A stretch of DNA of 64,000 nucleotides from a virus. Shown here piece after piece: positions 19,103 through 28,625 of this stretch. Location of the stretch: positions 32,001-96,000 of IMG/VR virus record IMGVR_UViG_3300002098_001673. One strand, given 5' to 3'. The position numbers were made by a program, and so were the translations under genes. Below the pieces are notes generated by a model. The model ran no database searches, was not told where the DNA came from, and saw only the letters and a list, made by a program, of their open reading frames with translations. The first letter of the stretch is position 1. Each line of letters begins with the position of its first letter.

Positions 19103-19615
19103 TTATATACCTTTAAATTCATTTTCATTTACAGGAGTTGCGATAATCGTTCTATAAAAAGGACGAACACCTCCATAAGTGTGGCGGTTGTCTGAAACCA
19201 CCCTACCATCATCAGACACACTATAGTATCTTACTTTTTTCTCCGTTTCATAATATCCAATATAATCTCCAAATTGAATATCAACTTCCATTTCACTAAG
19301 GGTTTGTTGATAAATAGAGAATCTTAAATTTCCTGGCTCATCTTGTTGAACTTTTGAAGTTCCAAGTTTTTGATTTGTTGGTGCCATAATTTGAACATAA
19401 CCCTTAAGTTCAATAGGAGATAAGAATTGAATTCCATCTTTTAAAGACTCCCCATACACATCGTCCGTTTTTGTTTTATATCTATCAATACGATATAAAA
19501 TTATTGTGAAATTCATATCCCCCAATAACCATTCTTCACCCATATTAATATCTAAAGTATAATCTTCATCACCAAAAAACTTACCAAGACGTGTTACCGG
19601 AACTAATTTTTGCAT
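19103..19615 (-). CDS. Head closure / neck protein (T4 gp14-like)
   Basis: DDVYGE...IQFGDYI pattern; upstream of the gp15-like gene. Confidence 0.65.
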   Translation of the reverse strand: MQKLVPVTRLGKFFGDEDYTLDINMGEEWLLGDMNFTIILYRIDRYKTKTDDVYGESLKDGIQFLSPIELKGYVQIMAPTNQKLGTSKVQQDEPGNLRFSIYQQTLSEMEVDIQFGDYIGYYETEKKVRYYSVSDDGRVVSDNRHTYGGVRPFYRTIIATPVNENEFKGI

Positions 19616-19675
19616 AATATGTTTATTTTTCCTTATTGATAAATACTCAAAATTTTATTATAATTAATTAACTTA

Positions 19676-22600
19676 ATGAACAAAGAAATAAGTTTAGAAT
19701 CGAAAGCTATGTCCATCCTTGAGACATATGATGGAGGTAATAATTATATATTTGAATTAAAAAGAAAATCTCAAATTAATAAAAAGTTTTATCCGACAAG
19801 AAGTCAATCAGAATATATTATTAATTTTCATGATAAACCACCGAAAATTGCAAAGAAGTGGGTAATATTAGATTCGTATTTTGCACAAAAATTAGCTGAC
19901 GATAAATTATATACAGAAATTCCACAAAAAATTTGGGTTGAAAAACTTTTAGCAGATAAAGAAAAATCTTATCATATTTGGGGAAAAGTATTTGAAACAG
20001 AACAACTTCATGATTTTTGGTTACCAAAGGCATCAATCATTAAAGATAACAGAGTAAAAGATGTTGTTATTAATTATGACAAATATTCAAATCGTCCACC
20101 ACTACCGCATCAAAAAGAAGCGATTCAAAAGCTGGTTGAAAATAAAAAATTTATACTTGCTGACGATATGGGTTTGGGTAAAGGGATTACCAATAACACA
20201 CTGATTTACAATGAATTGGGAGTAAAAAAAATGGGTGAAATTGTGGTTGGAGATAGGGTTATTGGTTCCGATGGTAAAGCATATAATGTGAATGGTGTGT
20301 ATCCTCAAGGAAAAAAAGAAACGTACAAAATCACGTTTAATGATGGATATTCCATAATAACGGATGACGTACATTTATGGTCGGTATCTTCACCCAATTA
20401 TGGTGAAAATAGAAAAAACGAAAGACGAAAAAAATCTTTAACTCTATCTACTAAACAAATGTACGAAGGAGGTAAGATTATAATAAAAGGTGATGGTTAT
20501 AATTCGGAAAAAAAATATGAAGTTGAAACTTTTTATAAATCACCAAACGGAAATAATAAATGGCAAATACCTATTGTTCAACCTATCCATTTCAAAAATA
20601 AATATGATTTACCAATTGACCCCTATTTGTTGGGACTATCGTTGGGTGACGGTTATTTTGATAAGTACAAGAATTGTCGCTTTACCGTTCACAAAAATGA
20701 TTATGATGAATTATTTCAAAATTTTGATTTGAAAAAAATCAAAACAAGAGTCAATCAAAAAGGTGGATATATAAATTTTCAAAATAAATTAAATGACTTA
20801 AAATTAAACAATACTAAAGCCCATAATAAATTTATACCTGATATATACAAATACACATCAATTGAAAATCGTCTTGCGATTTTACAAGGTTTAATGGACA
20901 CTGATGGTCACTGTATGATATCAAAAAACGGTAGTTTTAACGGAACCGAATTTTCAACAATTTCAGAAAAACTTTGTGATGATGTTTGTGAAATTGTACA
21001 AACATTGGGTGGAATAGCACGTAAAAAATCAAGACGTAGTTTCTACAAAAAAGATGGTAAACGAATTGAATGTAACATATCTTATCGAGTTAACATTAAA
21101 TTACCAAAGGGTATGAACCCATTTAAGTTAAAAAGAAAAGCAGATAGATATGTCGAACCAAAAAAATATCCAATCGGAAGATATATAACAAATATTGAAA
21201 AATATGGGGAAGATGAATGTACTTGTATATCTGTGGATTCTCCAGATAAATTATATGTAGCCCAACATTGTATAGTAACACATAATACTACGTCAACCAT
21301 AATTGCCACTTTAGAAACAGGAGCAAAAAAAGTTCTGATTATATGTCCTGCAACACTTAAGATAAATTGGAAAAGAGAAATTGAAAACTATACAGACAGA
21401 AGTATATTCATTGCGGAAGGTAAAAACTTTTCAACCGTTCACGATTTTGTTATAATAAATTATGATATCATAAAAAATTTTCACGAAACCAAAAAGAATG
21501 GTAAATCTTTAATTAACGATACAAATTTTGATTTAGTAATTTTAGATGAATGTTTTACATACGACACTAAAATTATGACCGAATCTGGTGAAAAAAATAT
21601 TGGAGATATTGTAGAGAATGGATTAGATATTAAAATTTTAACATATAACCATAGAAATAAAATTTTGGAATATAAAAAAATAAATAGATGGATTAGAAAA
21701 AATAAAGACACTATTTACAAAATAAAACTCAACAACGGACTATTTTTAGAGTGTACTGATAATCATAAATTCTATGTAAATAATAAAGGATATGTTAGGG
21801 CAAACGAACTCACAACAACCGATGACTTGTATATGTTGTCAGAAATTACTAACGAAGAAACAGATTTGGAAAAAAACAAAATGTTGCTCAAAAAGTTGTG
21901 CATCTATAATAAGGAACAAAACTTCACCACAAAAAACAAAAGAATTGAAGTTTCACAAAAATTGTCCGGAATGTGGAATCCTAATGAGTTTTACAACGGA
22001 CATAAAAATGAAAAAGAAAACATATTGCTCTGTAAAATGTTCAAACAAAGTAAAATCAAAAAATCCAGAGGTAAGAGAAAAACGGAGAAAAACAATAGAA
22101 AAAAATGGGGGGTGGTCAAAAATAATGAAAAATACTCATATGAAAAATCCTCATACGGCAAAATTTTCTTCTCAAAGGATGAAAAAAAACAACCCAATGA
22201 AAAATTTGGAGAGTTTAGAAAAAATGAGAGAAAAATTAAAAGGAAGAACCTTCTTATCAAGAGGAGGGAATGGGAAAATAACACCACAACAAGAAATATT
22301 ATTTCAAATGTTAGGGGAAGGATGGATAATGGAATTACCAATTCTAACAGAAAATGCAAAAATGTTATTCAAAAGTTTGCCACCATCATACAAAGTAGAT
22401 ATTGGAAACCCAAAACTAAAAATATCCATAGAAATAGATGGGAGAACGCACAAACAAAAAAAGTGGAAATTTTTGGACAAGAGAAAAACCAAAATATTAA
22501 ATATGTTAGGGTGGAAAGTATTGAGATTTTGGAACGAGGAAGTTATGACAAATCCACAAAAATGCATTCAACAAATACAAGAGTGTATGATTTAGAAATT

Positions 22601-23632
22601 GAGGATAATCATAACTATTTTGCAAATAATATTTTAGTTAGTAATTGTCACTATATCAAAAATGTTACAGCGCAAAGAACAAAACTAATTAATGATTTTG
22701 TAAAAAATATTGACAGGTTATGGTTATTGTCTGGTACACCAATGACATCAAGACCAATTGATTATTTTAATTTATTAAGTTTAGTTGATTCTCCTACAGC
22801 AAAAAATTGGATGGCTTATGCAATTAGATATTGCCAAGGATATCAATTTAATGTTGGAGGTAGAAAAGTTTGGAATGTTGTCGGAGCCTCAAATTTAGAA
22901 GAATTGAGGGATAGAACCTCCCCAACAATCTTAAGAAGATTAAAAGAAGATGTTCTTGATTTGCCTGAAAAAATAATAACACCAATCTACCTTAGATTAA
23001 AATCTAAAGAATATGAAGAAGTTATGGGTGAATATTATAATTGGTATGATAAAAATCCTGAAGAGTCAAAATCATTAACAGTTCAGTTTACCAAATTAAC
23101 AAAAATACGACAAATCATTGCCAATGAAAAAATAGAACATACAATTGAGCTTGCTGAAAATATTATTGAACAAGGAAAAAAAGTAATCATATTTTGTAAC
23201 TTTACAGAATCTTTAGAAAAGATAACACAACACTTTGGTAAGAGTGCTGTTAAGTTAAATGGAACAATGTCAAAGGTAGAGAAACAAAACAGCGTTGACC
23301 AATTTCAAGAAAATGAAAAAATAAAAGTATTTGTTGGTAACATTAAAGCGGCAGGTGTTGGTATTACATTAACTGCTGCTGAAGCTGTTATAATGAATGA
23401 TTTATCTTTTTTACCTTCAGACCATTCACAAGCAGAAGACCGTAGTTATAGGTATGGTCAAAAAAATAATGTTTTAGTATATTATCCAATATTTGAAAAT
23501 ACAATTGAAGGGATAATATATGATATATTGAATAATAAAAAACAAGTGATTGCAACAGTAATGGGGGATAATCAAAATTCTGCAAATGCTGCTGAAGAAA
23601 TACTACAAAGAATTAATGAATTAAGGCAATAA
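19676..23632 (+). CDS. SNF2/SWI2-family helicase (SMARCAL1-like) interrupted by two inteins; spliced product about 585 aa
   Basis: LADDMGLGK|T Walker A, ILDE|CH Walker B, LSGTP, RRLKEDVL, AAGVGITLT, QAEDRSYRYGQ. Confidence 0.92.
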   Translation: MNKEISLESKAMSILETYDGGNNYIFELKRKSQINKKFYPTRSQSEYIINFHDKPPKIAKKWVILDSYFAQKLADDKLYTEIPQKIWVEKLLADKEKSYHIWGKVFETEQLHDFWLPKASIIKDNRVKDVVINYDKYSNRPPLPHQKEAIQKLVENKKFILADDMGLGKGITNNTLIYNELGVKKMGEIVVGDRVIGSDGKAYNVNGVYPQGKKETYKITFNDGYSIITDDVHLWSVSSPNYGENRKNERRKKSLTLSTKQMYEGGKIIIKGDGYNSEKKYEVETFYKSPNGNNKWQIPIVQPIHFKNKYDLPIDPYLLGLSLGDGYFDKYKNCRFTVHKNDYDELFQNFDLKKIKTRVNQKGGYINFQNKLNDLKLNNTKAHNKFIPDIYKYTSIENRLAILQGLMDTDGHCMISKNGSFNGTEFSTISEKLCDDVCEIVQTLGGIARKKSRRSFYKKDGKRIECNISYRVNIKLPKGMNPFKLKRKADRYVEPKKYPIGRYITNIEKYGEDECTCISVDSPDKLYVAQHCIVTHNTTSTIIATLETGAKKVLIICPATLKINWKREIENYTDRSIFIAEGKNFSTVHDFVIINYDIIKNFHETKKNGKSLINDTNFDLVILDECFTYDTKIMTESGEKNIGDIVENGLDIKILTYNHRNKILEYKKINRWIRKNKDTIYKIKLNNGLFLECTDNHKFYVNNKGYVRANELTTTDDLYMLSEITNEETDLEKNKMLLKKLCIYNKEQNFTTKNKRIEVSQKLSGMWNPNEFYNGHKNEKENILLCKMFKQSKIKKSRGKRKTEKNNRKKWGVVKNNEKYSYEKSSYGKIFFSKDEKKQPNEKFGEFRKNERKIKRKNLLIKRREWENNTTTRNIISNVRGRMDNGITNSNRKCKNVIQKFATIIQSRYWKPKTKNIHRNRWENAQTKKVEIFGQEKNQNIKYVRVESIEILERGSYDKSTKMHSTNTRVYDLEIEDNHNYFANNILVSNCHYIKNVTAQRTKLINDFVKNIDRLWLLSGTPMTSRPIDYFNLLSLVDSPTAKNWMAYAIRYCQGYQFNVGGRKVWNVVGASNLEELRDRTSPTILRRLKEDVLDLPEKIITPIYLRLKSKEYEEVMGEYYNWYDKNPEESKSLTVQFTKLTKIRQIIANEKIEHTIELAENIIEQGKKVIIFCNFTESLEKITQHFGKSAVKLNGTMSKVEKQNSVDQFQENEKIKVFVGNIKAAGVGITLTAAEAVIMNDLSFLPSDHSQAEDRSYRYGQKNNVLVYYPIFENTIEGIIYDILNNKKQVIATVMGDNQNSANAAEEILQRINELRQ
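20183..21286 (+). mobile_element. Intein 1 (368 aa): class 3-type, Gly at position 1, with LAGLIDADG homing endonuclease
   Basis: Inserted in Walker A (GLGK|T). Starts GITNNT; block B DVHLW; block F CTCISV; ends IVTHN|T. LAGLIDADG motifs LLGLSLGDG and LQGLMDTDG. Confidence 0.88.
21551..22645 (+). mobile_element. Intein 2 (365 aa): class 1, inserted in the DECH motif
   Basis: Starts CFTYDT; block B CTDNHKF; ends VYDLEIEDNHNYFANNILVSN|C. Confidence 0.9.
21792..22595 (+). CDS. Vsr/DUF559-like (PD-D/ExK) endonuclease encoded in the +1 frame inside intein 2
   Basis: Two CxxC...CSxxC Zn-finger-like units; NUMOD-like NPMKNLESLEKMREKLKG; C-terminal YKVDIG...IEIDGRTH...DKRKTKILNMLGWKVLRFWNEEV. Alternative start ATG 21822. 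Confidence 0.82.
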   Translation: MLGQTNSQQPMTCICCQKLLTKKQIWKKTKCCSKSCASIIRNKTSPQKTKELKFHKNCPECGILMSFTTDIKMKKKTYCSVKCSNKVKSKNPEVREKRRKTIEKNGGWSKIMKNTHMKNPHTAKFSSQRMKKNNPMKNLESLEKMREKLKGRTFLSRGGNGKITPQQEILFQMLGEGWIMELPILTENAKMLFKSLPPSYKVDIGNPKLKISIEIDGRTHKQKKWKFLDKRKTKILNMLGWKVLRFWNEEVMTNPQKCIQQIQECMI

Positions 23633-23696
23633 TATTTATGTTATTATCAATATGTGAAATAGAATATGATTGATGATATTTATTATAAAAAAGGAT

Positions 23697-24815
23697 ATGC
23701 CTGTAATACCAGAACCAGAAAGGTCGAAAATATATACAAGAGTCAAACATTTATTAGGTGCTCCATTAAGAAGTGTTGAAATTGAAGATGAGATGATGGA
23801 TTCTTTAATGGAACTTTCTATTCAAGATTATGAACAATATACTTTAGATTGGCTTATTGAAAGTCAATGGGTTAACTTAGTTAACTTAAATATGTCAGAA
23901 AAATCTGTGGCAAAAGCTTTAATAACAAGAACTATGGATTTTGAACAACAATTTGCTTATTCATATTCAAAAATTGTTGGATTACAAACTATGGGTCCTT
24001 GGGTTTTGAAAAAAGATTATTTTATATTAAGTGCCAATACACAAAATTACGAAATTCCTGCTGGTAGAGAAATAAATGAACTTCTTTGGTTTAGTAACCA
24101 AGCATTTAGTGCTTTTGGATTAGGAGGAATTGGTGGATTTGGTTTTGGTGGTATCGGATTAGGTGCAAGTGAAGCTGGATATGCTCAAATGGGATATCAA
24201 GGTTCTTATTTTATGATGTCAGGTTTTGATTACTTAATAAGAATGCAAGAAGCAAATATTTTGAATAGAATTTTAGGTGGTTCATTAACATATAGAATAA
24301 CAGGATTACCTGATGGTAAGAAAAACATTATGTTATATAATACACCAGGTGGAAAATTCAATTGGGGCAATTATAGTTTATATGAAGGAAAAGTAGTTTG
24401 GTATTGGTATTATGATGTAGGTCCTGATGATAGAGCGGCGTGTTTAAAAGAAAATAAAGATGTAATAAAATTACCTTCAGATGTACCTCTTGAAGAATTA
24501 AATTGGATTGATTTAAATGTTCCGGCACAACAATGGGTAAGAAGATGGTTTACTGCATACGTTAAAGAAACATTGGGTAGAGTACGAGGAAAATATAGCG
24601 GTAATTTAAAAACACCTGATTCTGAAATCACAATGGATTATACAAGTCTTTTAACCGAAGGTAAAGATGAAAAATCAAAATTAGAAGAAGAATTAAAACT
24701 ACGATTAGAAAGATTAAGACCTGAAAAACAAATGGAAAAAGAAGCATCGATTGCTGAAAACTTAAATAAACAAATGAAGTTTAGAGCCTTTCCAAGACAA
24801 ATATATGTAATATAA
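23697..24815 (+). CDS. Head-tail adaptor / neck protein (T4 gp13-like)
   Basis: LLGAPLRSVEIEDE...WVRRWFTAYVKETLGRVRGKYSG...LLTEGKDEKSKLEEEL; likely start ATG 23697. Confidence 0.75.
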   Translation: MPVIPEPERSKIYTRVKHLLGAPLRSVEIEDEMMDSLMELSIQDYEQYTLDWLIESQWVNLVNLNMSEKSVAKALITRTMDFEQQFAYSYSKIVGLQTMGPWVLKKDYFILSANTQNYEIPAGREINELLWFSNQAFSAFGLGGIGGFGFGGIGLGASEAGYAQMGYQGSYFMMSGFDYLIRMQEANILNRILGGSLTYRITGLPDGKKNIMLYNTPGGKFNWGNYSLYEGKVVWYWYYDVGPDDRAACLKENKDVIKLPSDVPLEELNWIDLNVPAQQWVRRWFTAYVKETLGRVRGKYSGNLKTPDSEITMDYTSLLTEGKDEKSKLEEELKLRLERLRPEKQMEKEASIAENLNKQMKFRAFPRQIYVI

Positions 24816-24822
24816 TTATATT

Positions 24823-25158
24823 ATGGCAATAATAAGAACAATACCCTCTCAAAAAATTATTAATGGAGATATTATTAATACTTCAGAAGTATCTTTAATA
24901 TCTGAATTAGAATATAGTACAAATGGTGAAGATTGTATTATAATTATGGGAGTATCAGAATCAATCATTACTTTAAATTCAAAAACAACAGACCATATTG
25001 TTGTTAAATCAATGATTAAAACAACAATAAAACCTGATTTTGGTAAAATTGATGAAGATTATGATGAAATACTATTAGATAGATATGCTTGTGTTGAATT
25101 TAGATTCTGTGGTGGTAATTGGTATATTTTAAGTTCCGACGGGTTGAAGCAATCTTAA
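24823..25158 (+). CDS. Small beta-rich putative virion protein
   Basis: C-terminal CVEFRFCGGNWYI resembles fibre-tip beta-sandwich ends; follows the neck gene. Confidence 0.45.
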   Translation: MAIIRTIPSQKIINGDIINTSEVSLISELEYSTNGEDCIIIMGVSESIITLNSKTTDHIVVKSMIKTTIKPDFGKIDEDYDEILLDRYACVEFRFCGGNWYILSSDGLKQS

Positions 25159-27921
25159 TTTATCTTCCCACCCTTCTTCGGCTAATTTATACATATAATC
25201 CGATTCGATACCTCTTTTTTCCCAATAAGATACTTCTCCCTCAGATAACATCATAACATCTTCTAATTTATCCTGAGAACCTTCATCTAATGGATGTCCA
25301 TTAATAAGTTCACATTGTGATGTTGTAAATAATCCTCTTTCTGCTGGGTCAGTAACAATTAAACCGTTTCTAACCTCATCTTTAAATACAACCATTAATG
25401 GTTCAATTCTTTTATTGAATGTTGCAACAGCTCTCGGTACATTATAATCCCCTGTTAAATTAGGGTCATTTTCTAAGATATCTTTATCCAACATATAACA
25501 ATTAATCATAACTCCATCAGATATTGGTTTGGATTTAGGATTATTAATTAAATTTACTGAATTTGTATCTTTTATTTGTTTTACGGTCATCTTCTGAACA
25601 TCTCCTTGAGATGCCTTATTTCCATTATTAACATACATAATAACGTCTCCCAAATTAACATTTATATTATTTTGTATTGCAAGTTCCATATGAGCCATTC
25701 TACTCATACTATTACCAGATTTAGTTTTGGTATTCAATCGTTTTTTATAATCTTCAAGAGTTAATTTAACCTTAGCTCTCTGAGCAATTTTACTTAATGG
25801 TATTTTCTTATCAAATATTATTTGTAGATATTCATAATAATATTCCACAAAAGATTTGCCATCGCCTTGTAATAAAAACTTAATTCCAATATCCAAAAAT
25901 TCTTCAATATATAATGGAAGTTTTTTTGATTTAATACTATTACCGGTTAGTTTAATCTTACCCTTAGCATCCATAACTGCATAATTCTTACGAGCTAAAT
26001 TTATACATGATGGCCAAACTCCATCAGTATCAAGAGCCATCTCACCTCTCATAAAAATATCATTATATTCTGCTACATCAGCCTCAGGACCAGTGTATTC
26101 TAAACCCTCTTTAACCTTCCAATTTAGACCTCTACCAATATATTTATGTGTATCTACGTCATCAGGAGATGAGAAGTTTACACCATCCGTATCCATTACC
26201 AGAGGGGTATATCCACGAGACATAAAGAACTTAATCATTTGACGAAGATATTGTCGACCTGTACATGTTATTTGTTCACCCATAAACATATCACCCCAAG
26301 CATAAACTTGTGGGGCTGATAAAGCTCCGAACATTGAGTTAATGAATATTTTAATCGGTAATTGTTTATTTCCGTATGACGCAGATTTTTCAGGGTCAGT
26401 AGTATAATACTTTTCGGCAAGTTCTTTATACTTAATACGAGTATCACGAAAATATTTTAACATTCCTTTCATTGCGCCTGTCACATCACATTCTGGAAAT
26501 ACATCATGAACCAATTGAATTGATGGGTACAGGGAACTAAAGTCAAGTTTTAAAACATTCTTTGAATATCCTACTTTTAATAGTCGAGATAAACCACCGA
26601 CAAAATCAGTTTTACCTTGTTTGGCAGGAATTGCCAAATTATGTTTATATGACCAAGCCAACATTAACATTTTCCATAATGTTGCGGTTCCCATTGTCGA
26701 TACTCTTTCATATGTTGTTGGAATCATTGATGCCAATAAGAATGATGCTTGATTAAATTCATGGTCAACTTTTAGAGTTTCATCCAAGTCATCCTCAAGG
26801 TACATCTCAACCAATTTATCGCCTGTTATTTTTTTATAGATACCAGGAAATCGTATATCCAAATCAGCATATTCTGTAGCCTTTTTATAATTACCATTTT
26901 TTACGTTTAACCAATATTCATCTTTATTCTTATACATTTTACCAATGTTCTCATGTTCAATATAAACTCGGTCAGTAGATTCCGCCTTAATATATTTTGT
27001 AATATATTTTAATCCGGCGCTTTTAATACTTGAATTAATTGCTTGAGCTCTACGAACAGCGTGAATAATATCAATACTATTATAACCCCATATTGATGTT
27101 TGAACAAAACTTTCGACCTCATTTGCAAGTTTTAACATACTATCCTTCCTTGTGAACGAATGTTGGGGGTGCAAGGACTTACAAATCTTTTTAGCGTCAA
27201 TCTTTAAAATTCTACACCTTTCAAATATCCAATGCCAATCAAAATTTGCGGAATTATAACCTGCAATAATACTTGGCTTTAACTCATCAATAACTTTAAA
27301 GAATTCTATAATTGCATTTTTTTCTTGGTCCTCATCAATACACTCAATAACTCTATGATATCCTTTATTAGTTTTTATTCCAATCATGAATATATTACCA
27401 TTTTCAGGTTCTAATGACGTTGTCTCCAAGTCAAATACAAGTCTGGTTATTTGATTGTAATCTTCAAATCCTTTAAATAATCTTTTTTCTCGCGCAATTA
27501 AATATTGTTCTACAGGAGGTAGAATTATAATCTTATCTTTTGACTTATCACCCCAAGGGTCACATCCACCGTCTCTAAAAAATTGAATTAATTCTCTATA
27601 ACCTTTTAATGATTTAACCATAAAAGTCATACCGTTATTAAGCCTTTCATTATTATGGGTATCTAATTTCTCAATCATAATACCATACTTAGTCATGGCT
27701 TCTTTCTGAACTGATTTAGAGTCGTTATAGAATTTTAATCCACGTAAATCACCAACCCAAGCAAATGGGATAAATGTATCTTTTCTAATTTCTTTTCCTT
27801 TACCAGGGATTTCTTTGATTTTGTAAATTGAATTAGATAAGTAGTCAAATTCGATTGCTACTATAAATTCTTCGGGGTCATTACCTAATAGGAATGATTC
27901 AATCTCTTCGTTAGATATCAT
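25129..27921 (-). CDS. Family B DNA polymerase with 3'-5' exonuclease
   Basis: ExoI FDLETT, ExoII GYNSANFD, motif A LDFSSLYPS, motif B KIFINSMFG, motif C MDTDG. Confidence 0.95.
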   Translation of the reverse strand: MISNEEIESFLLGNDPEEFIVAIEFDYLSNSIYKIKEIPGKGKEIRKDTFIPFAWVGDLRGLKFYNDSKSVQKEAMTKYGIMIEKLDTHNNERLNNGMTFMVKSLKGYRELIQFFRDGGCDPWGDKSKDKIIILPPVEQYLIAREKRLFKGFEDYNQITRLVFDLETTSLEPENGNIFMIGIKTNKGYHRVIECIDEDQEKNAIIEFFKVIDELKPSIIAGYNSANFDWHWIFERCRILKIDAKKICKSLHPQHSFTRKDSMLKLANEVESFVQTSIWGYNSIDIIHAVRRAQAINSSIKSAGLKYITKYIKAESTDRVYIEHENIGKMYKNKDEYWLNVKNGNYKKATEYADLDIRFPGIYKKITGDKLVEMYLEDDLDETLKVDHEFNQASFLLASMIPTTYERVSTMGTATLWKMLMLAWSYKHNLAIPAKQGKTDFVGGLSRLLKVGYSKNVLKLDFSSLYPSIQLVHDVFPECDVTGAMKGMLKYFRDTRIKYKELAEKYYTTDPEKSASYGNKQLPIKIFINSMFGALSAPQVYAWGDMFMGEQITCTGRQYLRQMIKFFMSRGYTPLVMDTDGVNFSSPDDVDTHKYIGRGLNWKVKEGLEYTGPEADVAEYNDIFMRGEMALDTDGVWPSCINLARKNYAVMDAKGKIKLTGNSIKSKKLPLYIEEFLDIGIKFLLQGDGKSFVEYYYEYLQIIFDKKIPLSKIAQRAKVKLTLEDYKKRLNTKTKSGNSMSRMAHMELAIQNNINVNLGDVIMYVNNGNKASQGDVQKMTVKQIKDTNSVNLINNPKSKPISDGVMINCYMLDKDILENDPNLTGDYNVPRAVATFNKRIEPLMVVFKDEVRNGLIVTDPAERGLFTTSQCELINGHPLDEGSQDKLEDVMMLSEGEVSYWEKRGIESDYMYKLAEEGWEDKLRLLQPVGT

Positions 27922-28012
27922 AATATTTTATTTAAAATGGTTCATTAGCTTTCATATTATAATGAAGTTAACCTTATTAAATAAATATAAAAAATGATTT
28001 TGATTAATCAAA

Positions 28013-28390
28013 TTAACAACAAGCCGTTTCAGAAATAAATGAATCTTGAATGTTAATATATAATTCTTCTCTTAATGGTAAAATAAGATTACCCTCATCA
28101 TTTTTAATTAAAAATTGACCTTGATATCTGCCAGGAGTATTTGTATCTCTACTTGTAAATTTAAAATATATATAATATTCGGTCGTTGAGCCTTCGGGTA
28201 AAATTAATCCAACAATATCTGCAGGGGCTGAAACAATTTTAGGTATTCCGGTTTGAACATCAATCATTGAAAAATAAATTGATGATATTATCAAATCATT
28301 CATAAATTGGTCATATCCACTTCTACCGTCACGAACTATTTGCATCTTAAGAACTGGAAGTGTCGCTCCCTTTTTTATAAAAAATTCCAT
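28013..28390 (-). CDS. BppU-N-like baseplate/virion protein
   Basis: FFIKKGATLPVLKM...DTNTPGRYQGQF pattern; TATTTAT motif upstream. Confidence 0.5.
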   Translation of the reverse strand: MEFFIKKGATLPVLKMQIVRDGRSGYDQFMNDLIISSIYFSMIDVQTGIPKIVSAPADIVGLILPEGSTTEYYIYFKFTSRDTNTPGRYQGQFLIKNDEGNLILPLREELYINIQDSFISETACC

Positions 28391-28469
28391 ATTTTGTTTA
28401 TTAATAAATATGTTGTATATTTATTTAGATAAAGTGAAACTTTAATTAATTATTAGATATTTATATTAT

Positions 28470-28625
28470 ATGGCAAGACCAAAAAAATTAGAAAAAGACC
28501 GAAAAGTAAAATTTGGTATTAGTTTAGATAGAGAACTATTTGATAGGATGGTTAAAGAAAAAACTAAAAAATCAACATTATTAAACAAACTATTAAAATC
28601 GTATTATGAAAAAAAAGATTTGTAG
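28470..28625 (+). CDS. Small ribbon-helix-helix-like protein (51 aa, absent from ORF track)
   Basis: Hand translation MARPKKLEKDRKVKFGISLDRELFDRMVKEKTKKSTLLNKLLKSYYEKKDL; overlaps the HNH start. Confidence 0.65.
   Translation: MARPKKLEKDRKVKFGISLDRELFDRMVKEKTKKSTLLNKLLKSYYEKKDL

Noticed and set aside
1-19615. Bacterial extracellular contractile injection system or tailocin instead of a phage
   Set aside because: Neck/head-closure genes, a phage-type PolB, intein-bearing helicase, dUTPase and PhoH, and no cellular housekeeping genes, favour a large phage.
27935-28012. Imperfect hairpin and 14-bp palindrome (tttgattaatcaaa) upstream of the DNA polymerase as an autoregulatory operator
   Set aside because: Pairing is poor on the transcribed strand, and such palindromes arise easily in AT-rich DNA.
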